Made by a program: the position numbers and the translations under genes. DNA of 53,461 nucleotides from Pseudomonadota bacterium (GTDB lineage Bacteria; Pseudomonadota; Alphaproteobacteria; Acetobacterales; Acetobacteraceae): positions 1-53,461 of the forward strand of contig JAJZBH010000001.1 of assembly GCA_021799015.1 (NCBI GenBank), in the 5' to 3' direction. The stretch's first letter is position 1. Every line of letters starts with the position of its first letter. The notes beneath the pieces are model-generated. The model did no database searches and was not told where the DNA came from. It was given only the letters and a program-made list of their open reading frames with translations. Below are positions 31,024-41,800 of the stretch, in pieces.

Positions 31024-31567
31024 GGCTGACGTTCCGACCGCACGTCCCCTTGAAGAGGCTTATTTTCTCGCGTGGCGGCACCCGAGACTCGATGGAAGGT
31101 CATTTCAACTGGCTGTTGGGTCATTAGGAGTCACTCTTTTCGGCATCAGCCATAGTTCGGCCTGGCGGCGGCAATCCTCCACCATGCTTTGATTCAGCAG
31201 GCATTCCGCGTCGCTAGACATATATATGATATATTGCAAGTATTCGGCCGCCTGTGCCCCCTCCGCACCACTTCGGGAAGGCGACCCAGCGAGCCAACGC
31301 ACAAGTCACGAAGCCGCCAGCGAAAAGACTGAAGTACTGCATACGCTGAACGAGCAGGAAAAGGGGCTCACGGAAGTGATCGCTGGCCACGCACGAAGAG
31401 GCCGCCGTGCTCCAAATCGTGGATCAACGCGGGCCGGAAGAACACCTTCGCTTGGCCGAAAGCGATGCCCTGGACGTTGCGTTAGCAACGTTCACGTCCA
31501 AACAGAAGCCCGCGCTTGCCCCAAAACGCGTACGCAGCCCAAAGTCACGCGGCCTCTGGCGCGTCGT

Positions 31568-32416
31568 TTAGCCGCGGCGAGCGGCAGCGGCGATCACCGT
31601 ATTTTCAAGCAGGCAGGCGATTGTCATCGGGCCGACTCCGCCGGGAACGGGGGTAATTGCTCCAGCGACGGACACAGCTTCACCGAAAGCGACATCGCCG
31701 ACCAGGCCTCCATCGGCGCCCCGGTTGATGCCAACGTCGATCACGGTAGCGCCTGGTGCAATCCAGTCACCGCGCACAAATTCAGCTCGACCGACTGCAG
31801 CGATCACGATATCACACCGGCGGCACTCGGTCGCGATGTCGCGGGTCCGGGAATGCGCAATGGTTACCGTAGCATCAGCGGCAAGCAGCAGCGAGGCCAC
31901 CGGGCGCCCCACGATGTTCGATCGCCCAAGGACGATGGCGCGTGATCCGCGCAGTGGTACCTCGGCCTCACGCAGCAAAAGCAGAATTCCACGCGGCGTA
32001 CAAGGAATCAGCCGGGGCGTTCCGAGCGCCAGGGCTGCGACGTTTTCGGGATGAAACCCATCAACATCCTTTAATGGATCGATCGCGCGCACGATCGATC
32101 CTGCGTCGATGTGCGAAGGTAGAGGGAGTTGCACGAGAATGCCGTCCACACCCGGATCCTCGTTGAGCTGCGCGATATAGGCGAGGAGGACTGACTGGGT
32201 CGTATCAACGGGCAGGCGGATTGTATTCGACTCAAACCCTACCTCGTGTGCCGCGCGTTCCTTGTTACGAACATACACGGTGCTCGCGGGATCCTCACCG
32301 ACCAGAATGACCGTCAAACCAGGGCGGTACGGCAGTGCCTGTACTGTTTCCGCGACTTTTGTCCGTAGCCTTGCTGCCACGGCCTTGCCATCGATGATAT
32401 GCGCGCCTCGCTGCAT
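31568..32416 (-). CDS. folD: Bifunctional methylenetetrahydrofolate dehydrogenase/cyclohydrolase
   Basis: [35 protein letters not shown] and PGGVGPMT. Confidence 0.97.
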   Translation of the reverse strand: MQRGAHIIDGKAVAARLRTKVAETVQALPYRPGLTVILVGEDPASTVYVRNKERAAHEVGFESNTIRLPVDTTQSVLLAYIAQLNEDPGVDGILVQLPLPSHIDAGSIVRAIDPLKDVDGFHPENVAALALGTPRLIPCTPRGILLLLREAEVPLRGSRAIVLGRSNIVGRPVASLLLAADATVTIAHSRTRDIATECRRCDIVIAAVGRAEFVRGDWIAPGATVIDVGINRGADGGLVGDVAFGEAVSVAGAITPVPGGVGPMTIACLLENTVIAAAARRG

Positions 32417-32421
32417 GGAGC

Positions 32422-32727
32422 CTAGTGAAAACCGGACGTGATGAGAGAACTGTAAAGACCCGCCAGAAAGATCTGCAAGGCGCGGAGGAGAAGAAACACG
32501 ATGATGAAGGAGATATCGATTCCGCCCAATGGTGGGATGAATCGCCGCACAGGAGCGACGACGGGCGTCGTAACCCGGTCCAGAAAATCACCAATCATGT
32601 AGACGGTGCGGTTGCGGGAATCGAGAACGCCAAACGCTTCCAGCCACGAAAATATCGCCGCCGCGATCAGCACGTAGATCAAGATCTCGATGACCTCGTT
32701 GGCGAACCAGAAAATCGAATAGAGCAT
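32422..32727 (-). CDS. YggT family membrane protein
   Basis: FSWL...[24 protein letters not shown]; usual position upstream of folD. Confidence 0.88.
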   Translation of the reverse strand: MLYSIFWFANEVIEILIYVLIAAAIFSWLEAFGVLDSRNRTVYMIGDFLDRVTTPVVAPVRRFIPPLGGIDISFIIVFLLLRALQIFLAGLYSSLITSGFH

Positions 32728-32863
32728 TCTTGTCTCCTTGCGACATGATGCGGGTTACCCCAGGCCAGTGCCCCATGGCAATGCGTCGTGCGTGCTGTCG
32801 GCGCTCATGCCACGTGGACCACTTGACGGGCGCAGCCGGTTGCGCGATGCGGCAGGTCGGGAT

Positions 32864-32939
32864 GGGGCTGTAGCTCAGTTGGGAGAGCGCCTCGTTCGCA
32901 ATGAGGAGGTCAGGGGTTCGATTCCCCTCAGCTCCACCA
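32864..32939 (+). tRNA. tRNA-Ala(CGC)
   Basis: GGGGCTGTAGCTCAGTTGGGAGAGCGCCTCGTT-CGC-AATGAGGAGGTCAGGGGTTCGATTCCCCTCAGCTCCACCA; G3:U70 alanine determinant present. Confidence 0.96.
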
Positions 32940-32960
32940 TCCCTGTAGCATGAAGGTCGC

Positions 32961-34208
32961 ATGGCCGATCCAACCCGAGATGCCGCGTTTGACCTGATTT
33001 CAGCAGTGTTTGACCGACACAGTTCGCTCGATGCCGCGCTTGGTCGACTGCCACCGGGAACGGCACCGCGTGACCGGGCCGCGGCGCATCGCATTGCGGC
33101 GTCGGTATTCCGTCATGCAGGAAGTATCGACGCCATACTGGATCACCATCTTCGGCGCGCCCCGCCGCAAGCCGTGCGGCACATCCTGCGGATTGGCACC
33201 GCTCAAGTGGTCTTTCTTGAAACCTCGGCGCACGCAGCCGTTGGGACGTCGGTTGAATTGGCAAAAACCCGGAAACTTGCTCCTTTTGCCGGCCTAATTA
33301 ACGCCGTCCTTCGCCGGATTGCGGCAGAGGGCAAAAACGTCGTGAGCACGCTTGACCTGCCTCGCCTCGACACGCCCCCCTGGCTCTGGGCCTCGTGGGG
33401 CATCCGTGCGCGCGATATCGCAATCGCAAATGGGAAGGAAGCACCGCTGGATCTGTCGCTCATGCCCGGCGCCCAGCCTCCTCCTGGCGCTAACGTACTG
33501 CCGACCGGGACAGTCCGGCTGCCAACGGGCACAGATGTGACGGCTCTTCCCGGCTTTGCCCGCGGAGATTTCTGGGTTCAGGATGCCGCAGCGTCTCTGC
33601 CCGCAAGGACGCTCGGTAACGTACGAGGCCGGCGCGTTCTGGATCTGTGCGCAGCCCCGGGAGGCAAGACCGCACAACTCGCAGCGGCAGGCGCCCATGT
33701 TACGGCGGTAGATCGCGACGGGGATCGAGTCCGCCGGTTGCAGGAGAATCTTCAGCGGCTGAAGCTTTCCGCGGAGATCGTCGTTAATGATGCAGTCACC
33801 TACCGGCCCGCTGAAAAGTTTCCCTTTATACTGCTTGATGCACCATGTTCGGCCACCGGTACAATCCGGCGGCATCCCGAGATTCTCCTTCGACGCAGAC
33901 AGGACATCAGCGCCTGCGTTAAACAACAGAACCGGCTACTCGACGCCGCGCTGACGATGTTGGCGCCCGGGGGACTTCTCGCTTACGCCGTTTGCTCGCT
34001 CCAGTCGCCTGAGGGAGAAGGCGTTATTGATGCGGCGCTGGACCGTCACGCCCTCATGATCGACCCCATCGACGTGTCCATCATGCCGGGTCTCGCGGGC
34101 GCGATATCCCCGCGCGGTCTGTTGCAAACCGACCCCTCCATGTGGGCCGACCAGGGCGGCATTGATGGTTTTTTTGTCGCCCGCCTGCGTCGAACTCACA
34201 GCGCTTAA
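32961..34208 (+). CDS. rsmB: RsmB/NOP (Sun/Fmu) family RNA cytosine-C5 methyltransferase with NusB-like N-domain
   Basis: INAVLRR, WVQDAAA, LDLCAAPGGKT, LDAPCSATGTIRRHP and YAVCSL. Confidence 0.88.
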   Translation: MADPTRDAAFDLISAVFDRHSSLDAALGRLPPGTAPRDRAAAHRIAASVFRHAGSIDAILDHHLRRAPPQAVRHILRIGTAQVVFLETSAHAAVGTSVELAKTRKLAPFAGLINAVLRRIAAEGKNVVSTLDLPRLDTPPWLWASWGIRARDIAIANGKEAPLDLSLMPGAQPPPGANVLPTGTVRLPTGTDVTALPGFARGDFWVQDAAASLPARTLGNVRGRRVLDLCAAPGGKTAQLAAAGAHVTAVDRDGDRVRRLQENLQRLKLSAEIVVNDAVTYRPAEKFPFILLDAPCSATGTIRRHPEILLRRRQDISACVKQQNRLLDAALTMLAPGGLLAYAVCSLQSPEGEGVIDAALDRHALMIDPIDVSIMPGLAGAISPRGLLQTDPSMWADQGGIDGFFVARLRRTHSA

Positions 34209-34574
34209 CAAAGCTTTTTGTGTATATTGTTTGATATCGTACAATTTTAAACATGTCGCGGCGGCAACAGGACTCCGTCCACGAGCGCGCATAGCCGACA
34301 ACTTATAACAACCCCCGATCGCAACGTATTAAAGTTGCTCACGTTGGGATAGAGGCTTTTCTCTCGGCAAAACGCGCTGGACGCGAAATATCTCCGTTCT
34401 CAACTAGATTTTCGTCGAAGCTGTCAGCGCGGTGTCAGTCATGCGTGGCGTCGCGCCCTCAAGCACCTTGACATGACGAAAGACGAAATCGTGCTCAGAT
34501 TATATTCTTGTTAGCTTTCGAAATATCGAAAATGGGACTGGCGTGCGGTATATGAGGCATGTATAAGGCTCGTT

Positions 34575-34907
34575 ATGGCTACGAAGAAATCTGCCCCTCA
34601 CGAGACGGTCGGTCAGCGCATTCGCGCCCTCCGCCTCGCCAATAACCTTACGCAAGATGAATTTGCAGACAGGCTCGGCGTGTCGCGGTCCGCCATAGCG
34701 CAGTGGGAGACGGACCGTGCCGGTCAGGTTCGTGAAAATCTCGAACGGATCGCAAAGGTTCTCGGAACATCGCTGGCTTATCTGGTGTCCGGCGAAACCG
34801 GGTCGCTACAAGGTGACGAATTGGCCCTGATGCGCCTCTATCGTGCCTGCGCTTCGGAAGATCGCCAAATTCTGCTGCGTACGGCGAAACGGCTGGCGCG
34901 AGGCTAA
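34575..34907 (+). CDS. XRE-family helix-turn-helix transcriptional regulator
   Basis: GQRIRALR...LTQDEFADRLGVSRSAIAQWE; no peptidase domain. Confidence 0.88.
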   Translation: MATKKSAPHETVGQRIRALRLANNLTQDEFADRLGVSRSAIAQWETDRAGQVRENLERIAKVLGTSLAYLVSGETGSLQGDELALMRLYRACASEDRQILLRTAKRLARG

Positions 34908-35032
34908 AACACGCGAAAAACGGATCGGTTCGCCGGTTGTTTTTCCGGAGTTTCGTGATTTGGCTCCATGCTGGACGATGCAGTTTGGTACGCCAGGCTC
35001 GCCGAGCCACGTTGGGCAGCGGACGTTAACAG

Positions 35033-35779
35033 TTGAGCAAGCAAGGCAAGACCCGCGCAGATGCCTTGGTCGTTGTCAGCGGGTTGCTACCTTCCAGAAC
35101 CCAGGCAGCTGCTGCCATCATGGCAGGGCAGGTTTATGCCGGCGATCGACGGATCGATAAGCCGGGTACACTTATCCCGACCGGTACCCCCCTTACAGTG
35201 CGCGGTTCTGCACATCCATGGGTTTCACGGGGCGGCATCAAACTTGCCCACGGACTCGATCATTTTGGATTCACACCCGCCGGCCGGATCTGTATCGACA
35301 TCGGGGCGTCGACGGGGGGATTTACCGACGTGCTGCTCTCACGCGGCGCCGCGCTGGTGCATGCTGTCGATGTAGGACATGGGCAGCTGGCCTGGAAACT
35401 CCGACAAGATCCTCGTGTTGTCGTGCACGAAAAAACGAATGCACGCACCCTCGATTCGTCACTGATCGCGGAACCGGTTCAGTCGCTGGTCTGCGATGCC
35501 AGTTTCATTGGGCTTCGCACCGTTTTGCCCGCAAGCCTGGCACTGTGCACAGGCGGAGCATTTGCCGTCGCTTTGATCAAGCCGCAGTTCGAGGCCGGGC
35601 GCCAACACGTTGGCAAAGGGGGCGTGGTACGAGAGCCTGCTGTCAGACAAGAGGTCGTCGCGATGATCGAGGCATGGTGGCAGAGCTTGCCGGGTTGGCG
35701 CGTTATTGGCGTGACCGAAAGCCCGATCACGGGGCCGGAAGGGAATGTCGAATTTCTGATTGGCGCGGTGCACGAGTAA
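35033..35779 (+). CDS. tlyA: TlyA-family rRNA 2'-O-methyltransferase (S4 domain plus methyltransferase)
   Basis: WVSRGGIKL, DIGASTGGFTD, DVGHGQL, LIKPQFE and SPITGPEGNVEF; TTG start. Confidence 0.92.
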   Translation: MSKQGKTRADALVVVSGLLPSRTQAAAAIMAGQVYAGDRRIDKPGTLIPTGTPLTVRGSAHPWVSRGGIKLAHGLDHFGFTPAGRICIDIGASTGGFTDVLLSRGAALVHAVDVGHGQLAWKLRQDPRVVVHEKTNARTLDSSLIAEPVQSLVCDASFIGLRTVLPASLALCTGGAFAVALIKPQFEAGRQHVGKGGVVREPAVRQEVVAMIEAWWQSLPGWRVIGVTESPITGPEGNVEFLIGAVHE

Positions 35780-36312
35780 CAAAAGGATTTCCTTTTGATG
35801 CTTGCGCGTGGTCAGCGGCTGACGGTAACGCAAAGCCGTTTATCCCCGGGCAACCAAATTGTACGGCAAGTCTCGGAGGACGGAGCTTCCGGGGTACGCC
35901 AGGGCGAACCATGCTTCTCATTTTCACACGGTCTTTTTGCTACCATCAGATTCTGCCCGTGTATGCCGCCTTCCGGCAGAACCTGACAACTTGTTGGACC
36001 GATCGCCACCGCCTGCCGTGCGCCAACGTTTGCCTCTTGAAAAGAGGCCCGGCACCACAAACCATAGACGGCAGGCGTTCAATCACCGCAGAATGGCGTG
36101 ATGGCTCATCGCATCGAGGCCACGACTGACACGTCGAAACGCTCTTTGAGATGTTATTGCCGATGCCCGCTTCCCATACACAGCTGCTAACAACCATGTT
36201 GATCCTCAGCTAACCGCTAACGGCGAGGCACGCGAACGCGCAGCTGCGCCCGCGCTTTCGACCACCAATGAATCGGGGCCCGAAACAACTGAGCGTGAGC
36301 ATCCCCCTGTAT

Positions 36313-36333
36313 AACCCGGAAGCTCCGGGTTTT
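36313..36333 (+). terminator. Possible intrinsic terminator or hairpin in the long tlyA-porin intergenic region
   Basis: Perfect 8-bp stem AACCCGGA-AGC-TCCGGGTT followed by TT. Confidence 0.3.
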
Positions 36334-36549
36334 CCCCATTGGGCTTGCATCTGCGTTCGGGGTGTTGTCCGGTTACCGCCCAAAGCTCAAAAATCTGGAA
36401 TTTGAACACGCGTTTGCGTTTTCGTCTCGCCAGGTCCTTTTTCAGCACAAAAATTGGAAATCGGCTGAATAATGAGCAAATCGACTTGAAATTGGCGATG
36501 ATGCGTGTAATGCTTTTTTTATAATCAAAGCGTTACGGGAGACTGCGTA

Positions 36550-37506
36550 ATGGCCAAGCGGGGTTTGCGAAATCCGAGCCAGAAGGCGCGTCCGGCGCTG
36601 GCTGCGGGTGCCATTCTGGCCGCGTTCGTCATTGCAGGCAGCACGGCTCACGCGAGCATTCCTCTTCCTTACGATTTTCCGGCGCCCCCGCCGAACCTCA
36701 ATGTCGTCGCGTTTTACAACGAGTTTTCCTCGGCCAATAGCTTCTACACGCCCAATGGGACGCGGATCCAGGATTCCCGGATTCAAGCCGATGTCTCGCT
36801 CGTCCGGCTCATCCACACCTGTTCGCCGATCGACGGCATGCCGTGGGGCGTCCAGGTTCTGGTGCCCTACATCGCCTACCTCGGCAGCCAGCAGGTGTTC
36901 GGCGCTACGCAGTCCGCCAACAGCGGTTTCGCCGAGCCGCAATTTTCTGCATTTATCTACCCCTATAGTAACCCGAGCGAGGACTCGGCGCTGGCCATTT
37001 CCTACTTCCTCAGCCCGCCGGTCGGCTCCTATGGTGCCGGTTATACGTTGAACGCGGGTACCAACAACTGGGTCAACAATATCGAAGTGCTGTACAGTCA
37101 TATGCTTTTCGGAACCCCGAAAGGTCGGCGGCTGGAACTCGACATTGCCGGTGATGCGTTTTTCTACAGTGCAAACAGCAATGTCGGCGTGGGCCCGTTC
37201 CGGCCAGTCCTGCATACAGAACCTGCCGAACAGGTCATCGTATACCTGCCGTACGTGATCTATCCCAAAACCGCCGGTTATGTCGGCCTTACTTTTGAAC
37301 AAACCTTCGGCGGCAAACAATATCTCTCGTACGCCGGCCAGTCTATCGATACCGGCAACCGCAATGACGCCACGCAGATTGGAGTCGATTTTGGCTCTTT
37401 CGTTGCCCCAACCGTGGCCATCGAGGGACAGGTTTCGACGGACGTCAAGGTGCGCGGCGGACCGAAAGGTAGCGCTTTTTTGTTCCAGGCCATCAAGGTG
37501 TTCTGA
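36550..37506 (+). CDS. Outer-membrane channel, MetA-pathway-of-phenol-degradation / QbdB-like transporter family
   Basis: Signal peptide (AHA), PYDFPAPPP start, QVLVPY, SGFAEP, PVGSY...NAGTNNW, alternating beta strands and C-terminal Phe. Confidence 0.7.
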   Translation: MAKRGLRNPSQKARPALAAGAILAAFVIAGSTAHASIPLPYDFPAPPPNLNVVAFYNEFSSANSFYTPNGTRIQDSRIQADVSLVRLIHTCSPIDGMPWGVQVLVPYIAYLGSQQVFGATQSANSGFAEPQFSAFIYPYSNPSEDSALAISYFLSPPVGSYGAGYTLNAGTNNWVNNIEVLYSHMLFGTPKGRRLELDIAGDAFFYSANSNVGVGPFRPVLHTEPAEQVIVYLPYVIYPKTAGYVGLTFEQTFGGKQYLSYAGQSIDTGNRNDATQIGVDFGSFVAPTVAIEGQVSTDVKVRGGPKGSAFLFQAIKVF

Positions 37507-37695
37507 ACGCCACTCTCATATTACGTAAACTGGCCAAGCCATTTCATAACCCTGCATGGACCGAGATTTGCGGCTTGTGGCAGTAGAGCCGCACACCGGT
37601 TTACCCGGCAGGATCGCAGACCCGAGACCAATTCACTTCAGCCTGGAACGCGGGTCCGGGGGGTCGCGTGGCGTCAGGCAGCCCCACCTCCTCTC

Positions 37696-37938
37696 CTAAT
37701 GATCGACCCCGAATTGCTGGAGGCGGCGCTCCTGCCCTTTCGCCGCAGTCTTCTTGCTGGCCAGAGCACCATCCTTCAATCGGCTTGAATCCACCACGAA
37801 GTTGACGGCGACAAGATCAATGTAAAGGCCAAAATCTTGCAACACCGACCTGCCGCGCTCCTCTTGTTTGTTCGAAAGCATCGCCGCGTTGCACATGACG
37901 GTGTAAAGCGACCGCGCTGCCGTCAAAGGCCCGTTCAC
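37696..37938 (-). CDS. Small hypothetical protein (80 aa)
   Basis: GTG start overlaps the stop of the DUF4142 gene (GTGA); no recognisable motif. Confidence 0.3.
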   Translation of the reverse strand: MNGPLTAARSLYTVMCNAAMLSNKQEERGRSVLQDFGLYIDLVAVNFVVDSSRLKDGALASKKTAAKGQERRLQQFGVDH

Positions 37939-38465
37939 TCGGCAACACCTTTAGGCATCGCAGCCCGCAACATGTCGAGATTACGCTCGAGCAATGGCGT
38001 CGTCCGCTTGGCAATGGCTTTGAACTCGGGATTCGTCCCATTCCAAGCCTCGTCCCTGAACACCGCCAGTGCGCTTTCGTGGCTTGAGATCTCGTCGCGG
38101 AGAAATTCAACCGAAATGTCGGGCTCCGGGTGGTAGGTCAGCGACACGAGCAATGCCTTGAACTCGATCGGGAGAGCGTCGGGCAGACTGACACCATTAC
38201 GGGAGGCAAGCGATCTGATCACCGGTTCGTATTTCTCCGCGTCTGCGCAGATCTTATCAGCTGCAGGCTTCACTTCCGGAGTGAGGTTGCTTTTCTGAAC
38301 GATGCTGCACGCAGCAAGATCGAAATGAACCAGTTGATAGGCCGCGGTAACAAAGTTCAGATCCTGCGCGGAAACGTTAGCTGTCGTTGGCGCTTGCGCT
38401 GTTGTCGTGCAGCCAACGAGCCCCAGCAAACCTGCTACGACCCCAAACCGTGCCAATCGAATCAT
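37935..38465 (-). CDS. DUF4142 (ferritin-like) domain lipoprotein
   Basis: AAGGAG RBS before the ATG at 38465, lipobox LVGC, SAQDLNFV..A, LASRNGVSLP, H...VF..EA..G.NPEFK..A...P.L pattern. Confidence 0.78.
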   Translation of the reverse strand: MIRLARFGVVAGLLGLVGCTTTAQAPTTANVSAQDLNFVTAAYQLVHFDLAACSIVQKSNLTPEVKPAADKICADAEKYEPVIRSLASRNGVSLPDALPIEFKALLVSLTYHPEPDISVEFLRDEISSHESALAVFRDEAWNGTNPEFKAIAKRTTPLLERNLDMLRAAMPKGVAE

Positions 38466-38649
38466 GGCCTTGATCTCCTTTTCCGATCTACACACCCGAC
38501 GCAAGAACAGCAGGCTGCCCGCCCTATCCCCTCGCGGTCGCATGCGGCGCTCCCCGGATACGCCTACCGACTGTGGCAAAGAACCTGCCCCGCGTGAAGG
38601 GAAATTCATCCGGACGACATGAAAAACCGCGACAGAAGCAGTCGCTGTC

Positions 38650-38726
38650 TGGTGACCCCGGCGTGACTCGAACACGCAACATCCTGCTTAGAAGGCAGGT
38701 GCTCTATCCAGTTGAGCTACGGGGCC
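38650..38726 (-). tRNA. tRNA-Arg(TCT)
   Basis: GGCCCCGTAGCTCAACTGGATAGAGCACCTGCCT-TCT-AAGCAGGATGTTGCGTGTTCGAGTCACGCCGGGGTCACCA. Confidence 0.95.
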
Positions 38727-38881
38727 GCCCGCGAATGATGCCGCAAAACCCGATCGCTGGCCAGAGAGCGTGCGCGCGTGCGCATTTTCTCCGGCGGCTG
38801 AAAGCCTGCCCCGGCTTGACAGCGATCCATCGGGGCAAGCATCTATCTTAGGAGAGGCTTTTCATAGCGAGGCGAAACATC

Positions 38882-41800
38882 ATGCAACACCGCATCCGGC
38901 GCCTGTTGGTCGCCAATCGATCAGAAATCGCGATCCGCGTGTTCCGCGCGGCTACCGAACTCGGCATCACGACCATTGGCGTTTATGCTGAAGAGGACAA
39001 GCTCTCGCTCCATCGCTTCAAGGCTGACGAAGCCTATCGCATCGGTCACCAACCGGGCAGCCGTAGACTGGGACCGATCGAGGCCTATTTATCGATCGAT
39101 GAGGTTTTGCGCGTGGCCCGTGAAGCTGCGGCGGACGCTATCCATCCTGGCTACGGATTTCTGTCGGAGAATCCCGACTTCGCGGAAGCCTGCGCTGCGG
39201 CCGGCATTCTGTTCATCGGGCCAACACCGCAAACGATGCGCACGCTCGGGAACAAGGTGTCCGCTCGTAATCTTGCCATCTCGGTCGGCGTTCCCGTCAT
39301 GCCTGCCAGCAAGCCGCTTCCAACCGATGGGGCGCAGATCCAACGGATCGCTGATGAGATCGGCTACCCGATTATGCTAAAGGCCTCATGGGGTGGCGGC
39401 GGACGCGGCATGCGTCCGATCGAATCCGGGGCAGACCTGCTGGAGACTGTTGCTACGGCCCGCCGAGAGGCCAAGGCTGCGTTTGGCAACGACGAAGTCT
39501 ATTTCGAAAAGCTTGTGCGCCATGCCCGTCACGTCGAGGTGCAAATTCTTGGTGATTCTCATGGCAATCTGGTTCATCTTTTTGAACGGGACTGTTCGAT
39601 CCAGCGCCGCCATCAGAAGGTGATCGAACGGGCTCCTGCGCCCTACCTGGATCCCAAAACACGATCGGCCCTTTGTGATGCAGCATTGGCGATAGGCCGC
39701 GCCACCAGCTATGAGAACGCTGGTACGGTGGAGTTCCTTCTGGATCGAGACACCAATCAATTTTACTTCATCGAAGTGAATCCGCGCATCCAGGTGGAGC
39801 ACACGGTCACCGAAATGGTGACCGGCATCGACATCGTCAAAGCCCAGATCCGTATTGCTGAGGGCGGCCACATTGGCGAGCTTGCTGAAACCGGCGTCCC
39901 CAAGCAGCCAGACATTACCCTTGACGGCAACGCCCTGCAGTGCCGCATCACAACGGAAGATCCGGAAAACAATTTTGTCCCTGATTATGGTCGGATTTCG
40001 GCCTATCGGGGTGCCTTTGGCTTCGGTATCCGCCTCGATGGCGGCACCGCCTATTCTGGCGCGGTCGTCACGCGCTTCTACGACGCACTGCTCGAAAAGG
40101 TCACCGCGTGGGCACCGACCCCTGAAGAGTCCATTTCGCGCATGCTCCGAGCCATACGCGAATATCGCATCCGCGGGGTCACAACAAATCTACCCTTTCT
40201 TGAGGCTATTCTCACCCACCCCGCGTTCGCCGCGAACGATTACACCACCCGCTTCATCGACGAAACGCCGGAGCTGTTCTCTCTCCCGAGGCGCCGCGAT
40301 CGCGCCACCCGCCTGCTCCGCTACATCGCGGATGTGACGGTCAACGGGCACCCGGAAACGCGCGGTAAGCGCCGACCTTCTGCCACCGCCCGGAGGCCTG
40401 AAATTCCCCTTTTCCGCCCAAAGAACATTGAGGGAACCCGACAACTCTTGAATCGTCTCGGGCCGCGGGGTTTTGCCGAGTGGATGCGCGCGCAAACACG
40501 CGTTCTCGTCACCGACACGACCATGCGCGATGCTCACCAATCCCTGCTCGCGACGCGAATGCGCAGCTATGATATCGTTGCTCCTGCCGCGGCTTACACC
40601 AATGCACTGCCGGAGTTGTTCTCCCTTGAATGCTTTGGTGGGGCCACGTTCGACGTGGCCATGCGCTTCCTCACGGAAAGTCCGTGGGAACACCTCGCCG
40701 CCGTCCGCGCCGCGATTCCCAATATTCTGCTTCAGGCCCTCATCCGCGGAGCCAACGGCGTTGGGTACACGAGCTATCCCGACAACGTGGTCCGCTTCTT
40801 CATCCAACGCGCTGCCTCCAATGGCATCGACCTGTTTCGTGTCTTTGACTGTCTGAACTGGGTCGAAAACATGCGTGTCTCAATCGATGCCATCATCGAA
40901 TCCGGGAAACTTGCTGAGGGAGCAATATGCTACACGGGTGACATTCTGGATCCTGAACGCGCCAAATATTCCCTGAAGTATTACGTTGATCTCGCCAAGC
41001 AGCTCGAAGCTGCCGGCTGCCACATCCTCGCGATCAAGGACATGTCCGGTGTTCTGAAGCCTTCTGCCGCCTCGGCATTAATACGCGCTCTGCGTGACGA
41101 AATATCGCTCCCGATCCACGTCCACACCCACGACACTTCGGGAATCTCGGCAGCTACGGTCCTTGCCGCGGTAGAAGCCGGGGCCGACGTGATCGACGCG
41201 GCAATGGACCCGATGTCCGGCCTGACCTCGCAACCTTGCCTTGGTTCCCTTGTTGAGGCCTGGCGCCATACGCCGCGCGACTCCGGACTGGACCCCGAAG
41301 CGATTCGCCAGATCAGCTTTTACTGGGAAGCCGTCCGCGGGCAGTACGCTGCGTTCGAAAGCGATCTGCAATCCGGAGCATCCGAAGTTTACCTGCACGA
41401 AATGCCCGGCGGTCAGTTCACAAATCTCCGCGAGCAGGCTCGATCAGTCGGCCTCGCCGAACGCTGGCACGAGGTCGCCCGCACCTATCGCGATGTCAAC
41501 ATGCTGTTTGGCGATATCGTCAAGGTTACTCCATCTTCGAAAGTTGTTGGAGACCTTGCCCTGATGCTCGTTTCGCAGGACCTCACTGTTGCAGACGTGC
41601 TTGACCCAAACCGGGAAATAGCTTTCCCCGCATCAACCATCGAAATGCTCAGGGGCGACCTCGGCCAGCCACCCGGGGGGTGGCCCGAAGTGCTTCAGAA
41701 GAAGGCCCTGAAAGGCATCAAGCCTTATACCGAGCGTCCTGGCTCCTTGCTCCCGCCGGCAGATCTTGCAGCGTTGCGCACCGAAGCCGAAGCCCGCGTG

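Noticed and set aside
31226-31945. 239-aa plus-strand ORF and similar long antisense ORFs (e.g. 7389-8291, 26042-26884, 36442-37320, 48016-48999, 50262-51149)
   Set aside because: They are shadow frames overlapping well-supported genes in GC-rich DNA and carry no protein motifs.
34575-34907. XRE gene as a prophage repressor
   Set aside because: No integrase, Cro or structural phage genes, and it is flanked by housekeeping rsmB and tlyA.
38466-38675. N-terminal extension of the DUF4142 ORF given in the ORF track
   Set aside because: It overlaps tRNA-Arg; the RBS and lipoprotein signal point to the ATG at 38465.
38816-38829. TTGAC-AGCG-ATCCA upstream of pyc as an FNR box
   Set aside because: Two mismatches, and TTGACA is equally explained as a sigma70 -35 element.
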